DNA of 14,784 nt from assembly GCA_040260805.1 (NCBI GenBank), contig JBDQPD010000087.1, positions 1 through 14,784 of the forward strand, read 5' to 3'. Position 1 is the first letter of the stretch; every line of letters starts with the position of its first letter. Under the pieces are notes generated by a model that worked only from the letters and a program-made list of their open reading frames with translations, was not told the origin of the DNA and did not search any database. This document shows positions 1 to 5,731 of this stretch, piece after piece. The DNA comes from Myxococcota bacterium (GTDB lineage: Bacteria; Myxococcota; UBA4151). A program made the translations under genes and the position numbers.

Positions 1-480
1 ACCGACGACGTCATCAGCAGCTCTTTGAGTCCCAGTAAGCGGCAATCCAGCACGAGATAGTAGGTCCCGTAACATATGTAACTCTTTCTGGGAAAGAGAA
101 CTTACCGTAGCTGGCTTCTTCTTCTTTGCCACGTCTCTTGCGCTGAGGAGGACGTCTTCTTCATAGTCAACGTCACTGAGCTCCTCATAGTCATCTCCAT
201 CGTCACCTTCTGAGGAGGCGCCTTCACCATCATCATCACCTGAGGAGGCGCCAACTTTGCCACCGACTTCATCCACATCAGCGATGCCCATGCCAATTCC
301 ATCGTCCTCTACAACGAGCTCACCGATTCCAGCGCCGCGCAAGGTCACCGAAATCTTGGTCGCGCCGGCATCGAGACTGTTCTCGACCAGCTCCTTGAGC
401 ACACTCGCAGGTCGCTCGACCACCTCGCCCGCAGCAATTCGGTTGGCGAGCGCATCGCTCATTCGCTGAATCGTTCCCAT
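1..480 (-). CDS. mutL: DNA mismatch repair protein MutL, N-terminal fragment (~69 codons) fused in frame to unrelated sequence; the frame stays open to the window edge
   Basis: Hand translation from ATG at 480: [69 protein letters not shown], the MutL GHKL ATPase signature ([22 protein letters not shown], DDGxGM). The start overlaps the upstream stop (TGATG). Below ~nt 274 the expected RHATSK motif is absent. Not in the ORF track because there is no stop in the window. Confidence 0.9.
   Translation of the reverse strand, partial: MGTIQRMSDALANRIAAGEVVERPASVLKELVENSLDAGATKISVTLRGAGIGELVVEDDGIGMGIADVDEVGGKVGASSGDDDGEGASSEGDDGDDYEELSDVDYEEDVLLSARDVAKKKKPATVSSLSQKELHMLRDLLSRAGLPLTGTQRAADDVVG
210..252. 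repeat. 13-bp direct repeat CTGAGGAGGCGCC x2, 30-bp period (encodes GASS twice on the minus strand)
   Basis: Exact copies at 210-222 and 240-252, inside the acidic low-complexity segment that follows the MutL fragment. Confidence 0.8.
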
Positions 481-1766
481 CAGGTGATCAACTCCAACAC
501 AGCGAGACTCTCGGAGTGGTGCGTCCCTGGAAAAGCATCCCAAAGACCTAAACGGGTCAAGCGATACCGTTCTCCAAGCCCCATCAGCTTGAGGTCGCGG
601 GCAAAAGTGGCGGGGTCACAACCTAATGCGACGACACGCTTAGGTCGTACAGCCCCAATCACCTTAGCCCCCTCGCTGTCTCCAGTGCGCGGCGCATCAA
701 AGACCACCGCATCGACAGGGCCTCGCTTGCTGCACCGCAGCAAGGCTTGAGCGCCTTTCATCTCAGCGACATGCACAACGCCTCGCCCTCGAAAGGCCTC
801 GGCGTTGAGTTTGAGATCATCGCAAGCATGCGGGTCGGTCTCAGAGATCGTGACGTCGGCGCCTTTACCGGCCAACACTAAGCCGAAATTTCCTGCGCCT
901 CCATGCATATCAACAATTCGCTGACGGCGCTGGGCTTTCGCCTCGGCCACCACCACCCGAACCAAGGCCTCATTGACCGCCGGTATCGCCTGGTGAAAAC
1001 CCCCACCTCGCAGTCGATACCGTTTACTAAACCCAGTTGCGATGAGCCCAGAAAGCCGCACCTGACCTGCTTCGACGACGCCTTGATCGGTCACGACCCA
1101 GACCCCATCCAGAGCCGTTTCACGCAGAACCGCCTGGCACAGATGCTTGATCGCCGGTGGCGTCAACACATCCGACACCGTCAAGCGCGCGGCGCAATGC
1201 CGTCCATCAGCGCTCAGACTCGCCTGAACAGCGATAACCCCAGGGGGTAAGCGGTGCAGATTGGATGAGACGTTGAGCATCACGGACTCGAGCGCTGGAG
1301 CCAGCGCTTGGCACTGAATCAACGGCACCAGCTCATGGCTTGCATGGGCGGTGTAGGCTAACCCATGCTCACCGACTTTTAATCCCACGCGATGACGACC
1401 CGTCACAGCCCCATTAATCTCAAGGGCTTCAACATCAATCGAAGGCGAGTAGTTCGCCAGGCGCTCCAAACAGTCGACTAAGACCTGCCGCTTTGCGCTC
1501 AACGCCTCAACGGGTGCTAACTCATGCCAATCACAACCACCGCACGAAGGCCGACTTCCACATCGGGCGTCGATGCGATGAGGACCGTCCTCGAGACGCT
1601 CAGCCGCCACCAGCTTGAGCGCTTTACGGCCCAAAGGCTGAGTTTGCCCCTGCCACAGGTCGCCAGGCAGACCGCCATAGACAAAGACGACCTGACCGTC
1701 TCCCTCTAAGCGACCAATACCCTCGCCTCCTGCGGCAAGGCTCTGCACCCGAACTTGAGTACTCAC
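480..1766 (-). CDS. rlmD: RlmD/TrmA-family RNA (uracil-C5)-methyltransferase, probably 23S rRNA m5U1939 RlmD-like
   Basis: TRAM-like N-terminus ([11 protein letters not shown]...[10 protein letters not shown]), [4Fe-4S]-type Cys motif (C-x5-CGGC plus a later IQC), FHQ, SAM-binding [16 protein letters not shown] (DPPRxG variant), catalytic [11 protein letters not shown], and [14 protein letters not shown] start overlaps the upstream stop (GTGA). Substrate specificity is inferred. Confidence 0.88.
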   Translation of the reverse strand: MSTQVRVQSLAAGGEGIGRLEGDGQVVFVYGGLPGDLWQGQTQPLGRKALKLVAAERLEDGPHRIDARCGSRPSCGGCDWHELAPVEALSAKRQVLVDCLERLANYSPSIDVEALEINGAVTGRHRVGLKVGEHGLAYTAHASHELVPLIQCQALAPALESVMLNVSSNLHRLPPGVIAVQASLSADGRHCAARLTVSDVLTPPAIKHLCQAVLRETALDGVWVVTDQGVVEAGQVRLSGLIATGFSKRYRLRGGGFHQAIPAVNEALVRVVVAEAKAQRRQRIVDMHGGAGNFGLVLAGKGADVTISETDPHACDDLKLNAEAFRGRGVVHVAEMKGAQALLRCSKRGPVDAVVFDAPRTGDSEGAKVIGAVRPKRVVALGCDPATFARDLKLMGLGERYRLTRLGLWDAFPGTHHSESLAVLELIT

Positions 1767-2320
1767 GGAGTTCGCTGACGCCGCGGTTTGACCCGACGGC
1801 GCATCTTCCGCTTACGCTTGCCTCGATACCGTCTCTTAGCGGGGTTCTTTGCCGCCGGCTCCTGCGCTTTCGGCTCCACCGGAGCTGCGATGATAGGAGG
1901 AGGAGGCGCTATAACCTCAATCCGGCCCGGTCCGCGCAGCACCTTGGGCTCGGCTTCGCCAAGCTCCATCAAGCGCTCATCGACAAGGTCGACGAGATGA
2001 AAGATCGGATAGGGTCGGTCATCACAGCTGCTGCGGACCTTTTCGGTCCCTTCTGCGTCGAGTTCGAAATAGCCACGAAAGACAAACTTGCGGCGCTCGA
2101 TCTGCTTGCGCTCCGTGCCCGGAGCGATCTTGCCCACCACCCAAGCGTGTCGATCGCCGACAAGATACCGAGGACAAAACCCGAGCGGAACCGGACGGTA
2201 CCAAGCATCATACTCGGCACTTTCCGGAGGCGGCTCTGAGCAACTACTCAGGCTCAAAAAGACCAAAGCGCCTGCGATAAACCGCAGGCGCCGTGGAATG
2301 TCTTGTCGCGACAACATCAT
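1763..2320 (-). CDS. Hypothetical lipoprotein with a Pro-rich linker and an Arg/Lys-rich C-terminal tail
   Basis: Basic n-region, hydrophobic stretch and LSSC lipobox-like motif (Cys27, nt 2242-2240). It abuts the upstream stop (TAA-ATG) and overlaps the rlmD start by 4 nt, fitting the operon exactly. Confidence 0.75.
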   Translation of the reverse strand: MMLSRQDIPRRLRFIAGALVFLSLSSCSEPPPESAEYDAWYRPVPLGFCPRYLVGDRHAWVVGKIAPGTERKQIERRKFVFRGYFELDAEGTEKVRSSCDDRPYPIFHLVDLVDERLMELGEAEPKVLRGPGRIEVIAPPPPIIAAPVEPKAQEPAAKNPAKRRYRGKRKRKMRRRVKPRRQRTP

Positions 2321-3025
2321 TTACTGACCGGAGAGAATGCGTCCCTTGATGTGGGCTTGAACCTCTGCTTGGCCGGTCGGAACGAGACCACCTTCTTGGG
2401 TGCTATCAAACGTGACCTCAGTAAAGATCGCGATGTTGAACTTCTTAGCCAACACAGCATCGCTCAGCAGCTGCTTACCGTTCTCGCTGTACTCAAGAGC
2501 AAAGTTGCCCATGCTCTTAGCTTCGACACCGGTCATCGAACCGATCTGCTGAACACCTGCAGGCAGGCTGTTCATGTCAAACGCTTCGGCGGCGGGCATC
2601 TCAATGCCCTCATCGACGGTAAAGAAGTGAAAGCTCGGGATGCTGTAGTTGATCGAGTTCGCCAGGAAGCGGACCTCAAGGTTATCCACCGCAACGGCTT
2701 CGAGCTTGTCAGCAGCCGCAGCCACTTGCTCGTTCGCCGAGAGATCCACAGGGAAGGTCTGGAGCAACGGCACGTCGATCTTCACCTCGGCGAGGTCCTC
2801 GGGCCAATTCTCTTCGTTTTGAAATTCGGCCAAGTACTCCTCGATCAGGGCCTGAGCAGCGGCAGCGTCCTCGCCGGCGGGCACGTTGAACGTGTTGTCG
2901 CCTAAGAGCTGGTCGACATCGACCTGCTGAGTGTCCGTGGTGTACTCAAAGGGTACGGGAAGGCCACAAGCCGCTGACAGCACTGCCAACGCTACGATAG
3001 CCAAAAGATTGCGAAGAGATTTCAT
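2321..3025 (-). CDS. Hypothetical acidic lipoprotein, 234 aa
   Basis: Signal peptide II MKSLRNLLAIVALAVLSAAC (Cys20, nt 2968-2966); GGAG upstream of the ATG; alternating beta-strand patterns in the mature part. No family recognised. Confidence 0.88.
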   Translation of the reverse strand: MKSLRNLLAIVALAVLSAACGLPVPFEYTTDTQQVDVDQLLGDNTFNVPAGEDAAAAQALIEEYLAEFQNEENWPEDLAEVKIDVPLLQTFPVDLSANEQVAAAADKLEAVAVDNLEVRFLANSINYSIPSFHFFTVDEGIEMPAAEAFDMNSLPAGVQQIGSMTGVEAKSMGNFALEYSENGKQLLSDAVLAKKFNIAIFTEVTFDSTQEGGLVPTGQAEVQAHIKGRILSGQ

Positions 3026-3136
3026 ACCCTATTTCTCCATGAAGGGGTGTGTACTAGGTTATTCCATACCGGGATCACTTTAGCAAAGCCACCTGAAATG
3101 ATGCTGCGTTTCTGCTAAAGAGTCTCCGGAGGCAAA
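3026..3136. promoter_or_regulatory. Divergent intergenic region with an 8-bp inverted repeat (CTTTAGCA-N27-TGCTAAAG) and RBS GGAGG at 3128-3132
   Basis: 111-bp lower-GC gap between head-to-head genes. Repeat arms at 3078-3085 and 3113-3120. GGAGG lies 4 nt before ATG 3137. Confidence 0.6.
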
Positions 3137-5731
3137 ATGGACCTACAGCGAGTTGCTGGAATCAGCCTGGCGTTAATCTTCTCCGTCGGTTGCGGCGGAG
3201 GGGGTTGTGGAGGCTGCACCGCCGCCGAAGATTACACATATCCCAGTCGTCCAGCGGTCGACACGGTCCCGGTGGCGGATGCGATGAAGCTCCGCCTGAC
3301 CCGAGACGGTCTCGATTTTTTCCGCCAAGCGATTCCGCCGCTTCTCGATCAGGCGCTAGCGAACCAAGAAGGCGAAGAGGGCGAAATTCGAGTTCCGGTG
3401 CCCGGTACCGTCTTTGAATGGGGTCAGTCTCCGATCGAAGGTGACATTTTTGTTGCCGATGGCCGCGACGGTAGCCCGGTCAGCACCATGAGTATCTTTA
3501 CTCAGGCTTTCCGAGACCGATTGTCGATGAAGTTTCTCGATGAACGTGATGGCATCCAGCTGACCATCCGGGATCTGCAGATCGGTCTGGATGTGATCCT
3601 TGGAGCCGACGTTGCGCTCTCGGTCTTAGGTCGTCGCCTCACTGGGATTGATGCAGCCTGTGTCATGGGCAACGGCAACGATGGTCCTCCCGAGCACGCC
3701 ATGCGGGTCACCGTCGACATCAAACTCTTTCCTGCCGTCGATAACGAGCACCAACTCGACGTCGATGTCGATGTTCGAGATGTGAGCATTGATGGGGTCG
3801 ATTTAAGCATCAACGCCGGAACCGACTGGCGATGCGACGATGGCGACTTGTGCGTGCTCGGCTTCTGCCTCGACCAGAGCGACCGTGAATGCAGCGTCAT
3901 TCTTTGTCCGGCTCTGGACGGTGTCTTTAATGTGGTCGAGCGGTTGGTTCAGTTGATCGAGCCGGCGCTCACGCCCGTGCTGACCCAGCTCGGCGAGTTC
4001 ATCGTCAATAACCTCGTACCCCCGACGCCCCTGGTTACCGATCTCCAAGCACAAACGGGTGAGTTGATCGCTGATCTTCCAAGCTTGAGCAAAGCCAAGC
4101 CGCTCGGGATCCACGCTGCTGCGATGGGCGGAGCCTTTCAGGTCAACTGCGATGATCGAGATCCCGGTGACTGTGAAGACAGCGACAACGTCGGCATGGA
4201 CATCGCCATGGAGCTTGGTTTCGAAGCAGTCGTCGAAGGAGAGGAAGACTTTCCATCGGGCTGTATTGCGCTCCCTGACGAGCTGCCTCGCTTCTCAGCG
4301 CCAACTCCGGTCACTCTGCCCCCGCGCTGGATCGATGAAGATGGTGAAGCTCGGCGGTATGCGCTCGGCTTTGGTCTCTCAGAGAGTGGCTTAAACCAAC
4401 TGGGTTGGGGTCTCTACACCAGCGGCGTCTTGTGCATCGACATCAACACCGCCGATATCGGCCAGCTGACCGGAACGCCTGGTCTCCTAACCAGCGGGAT
4501 GTTCGGATTGCTCGCCGGCGAGATTATGTCCCTTGCAGGGCCTTCAGCGCCCGTCATGGTAAGGCTGCGACCCACTACCGAGCCGCGGTTTAATATGATC
4601 GCCAACGCTGGGCCTAACGATCCGCAGATGCAGATGCAGATTGATGCGATGAAGATGGAGGTCTTTATCGCCATCGATCAACGCTTCGTGCGCGCCTTCG
4701 CCGTCTTGATGAACATCGACATGGCCCTGCAACTTGGTCCCGAGGCAAACGATCAAGGGGATCCCGTGCTGGTCGTTCAGGTGGCGGATGGTCCGAACAT
4801 CGGCGATTTTGAAGTGGTGTACGATGAGCCCGTGGTGGGGTCCGACCTCGGCGGCACCTTACCCGCTCTGATCGATTTGGTGCTGGGTACCTTCCTGCAA
4901 GACTCTCTTCGCTTTGAGGTCGATCTCGCCGACACCTTGAGTCAGGCGCTATCGACTCCGGTCTCGGCTTCTATCGATCACGTCGAAGTCCGAGGCACCG
5001 AGGGCGACGAGTTGACCGTCTTTATGAATCTTGCGGTCGGCGAGCAGCTGCCCAGCTCGATGAACTTTATCACCCGCGTGGTCTCGGTCGATCATCAAAG
5101 CTTAGTGCGAGAGCAAGCGTCGGGTTTGACCGCAACAGGCTCGGTTCGTCTGATGATGGAAGGGTCCCAAGGCTTGGAGTATTCCTACCGAGTAGACGGC
5201 GGCCCGTGGCGACGTTGGACGACCGCTTCTAGCGAGGGATGGCTCACCGTGACTCAACCCAAACTGGGTCTGGTTGGCGATCACCGAATCGAGCTGCGAG
5301 TGCGCGCCCAAGGCGACTGGCGCGCCGTCCCGAAAGCCGTGGCTCCGGTCATGGTTCGGACTCAGGCCGCTCCTCCAGCGCTGGCGCTCGAAGAGACCAG
5401 ATCGGGCTGGACCATCCGGATCTTACATTCTGACTTGGAAACTCCAGCGGTGTATGTGCGCTGGCAAGAAGATGGCGATCTTGAGGCTTTTGACAGCCTC
5501 TTTATCGAGCGCAATCAGTTGTCTGCAGGGGACCGGGTTGAGGTCGTCGCGGTGGACCGCTTTGGTCGGCGCTCAGCGCCGGCGCGGATCTCAATCGCAA
5601 ACCCCGGAGCGACCCTTGCGCCAGCGACTCCTGACGCAGCGAGTGGCTGCAGCCACCAAGCGATCAGTGGGCTGATGCTCTTCGCGTTGCTCGGGCTACG
5701 TCGTCGACTAAGCGCCAGGGTGGCGAGCTAG
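3137..5731 (+). CDS. 864-aa lipoprotein with a putative two-barrel BPI/LBP-like (TULIP) region, an Ig/Y_Y_Y-like region and a MYXO-CTERM sorting signal
   Basis: Strong RBS; SVGC lipobox (Cys19, nt 3191) followed by GGGGCGGC; BPI-like motifs LRLTRDGLDFF and LGFGLSESGLNQLGWGLYTSGVL; LEYSYRVDGGPW...GDHRIELRVR beta-sandwich motif; C-terminal SGC, hydrophobic helix and RRR. The CDS is secure; the fold call is by motif recognition. Confidence 0.85.
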   Translation: MDLQRVAGISLALIFSVGCGGGGCGGCTAAEDYTYPSRPAVDTVPVADAMKLRLTRDGLDFFRQAIPPLLDQALANQEGEEGEIRVPVPGTVFEWGQSPIEGDIFVADGRDGSPVSTMSIFTQAFRDRLSMKFLDERDGIQLTIRDLQIGLDVILGADVALSVLGRRLTGIDAACVMGNGNDGPPEHAMRVTVDIKLFPAVDNEHQLDVDVDVRDVSIDGVDLSINAGTDWRCDDGDLCVLGFCLDQSDRECSVILCPALDGVFNVVERLVQLIEPALTPVLTQLGEFIVNNLVPPTPLVTDLQAQTGELIADLPSLSKAKPLGIHAAAMGGAFQVNCDDRDPGDCEDSDNVGMDIAMELGFEAVVEGEEDFPSGCIALPDELPRFSAPTPVTLPPRWIDEDGEARRYALGFGLSESGLNQLGWGLYTSGVLCIDINTADIGQLTGTPGLLTSGMFGLLAGEIMSLAGPSAPVMVRLRPTTEPRFNMIANAGPNDPQMQMQIDAMKMEVFIAIDQRFVRAFAVLMNIDMALQLGPEANDQGDPVLVVQVADGPNIGDFEVVYDEPVVGSDLGGTLPALIDLVLGTFLQDSLRFEVDLADTLSQALSTPVSASIDHVEVRGTEGDELTVFMNLAVGEQLPSSMNFITRVVSVDHQSLVREQASGLTATGSVRLMMEGSQGLEYSYRVDGGPWRRWTTASSEGWLTVTQPKLGLVGDHRIELRVRAQGDWRAVPKAVAPVMVRTQAAPPALALEETRSGWTIRILHSDLETPAVYVRWQEDGDLEAFDSLFIERNQLSAGDRVEVVAVDRFGRRSAPARISIANPGATLAPATPDAASGCSHQAISGLMLFALLGLRRRLSARVAS

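Noticed and set aside
72..107. Hairpin CTCTTTC-TGG-GAAAGAG (82-98), palindrome ACATATGT (72-79) and a minus-strand GTAAGT...CAG splice-like motif
   Set aside because: The hairpin is short with no U tract, the implied intron would be under 20 nt, and the frame reads through. Not distinguishable from chance.
143..252. Recurring TGAGGAGG motifs considered as a CRISPR array or RBS cluster
   Set aside because: Too short and too few, with no regular unique spacers; explained by the low-complexity peptide on the minus strand.
102..469. Track ORFs 102..302 (-) and 257..469 (+)
   Set aside because: Alternative-frame and antisense shadows of the mutL frame, with no recognisable motifs.
2303..2905. 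200-aa plus-strand ORF
   Set aside because: Antisense shadow of the 234-aa lipoprotein, which has a signal peptide, an RBS and an exact operon fit.
3029..3040. Minus-strand mini-ORF ATG GAG AAA TAG (M-E-K-stop) in frame just upstream of the 234-aa gene
   Set aside because: It overlaps the probable RBS (GGAG); no evidence for translation or stop readthrough.
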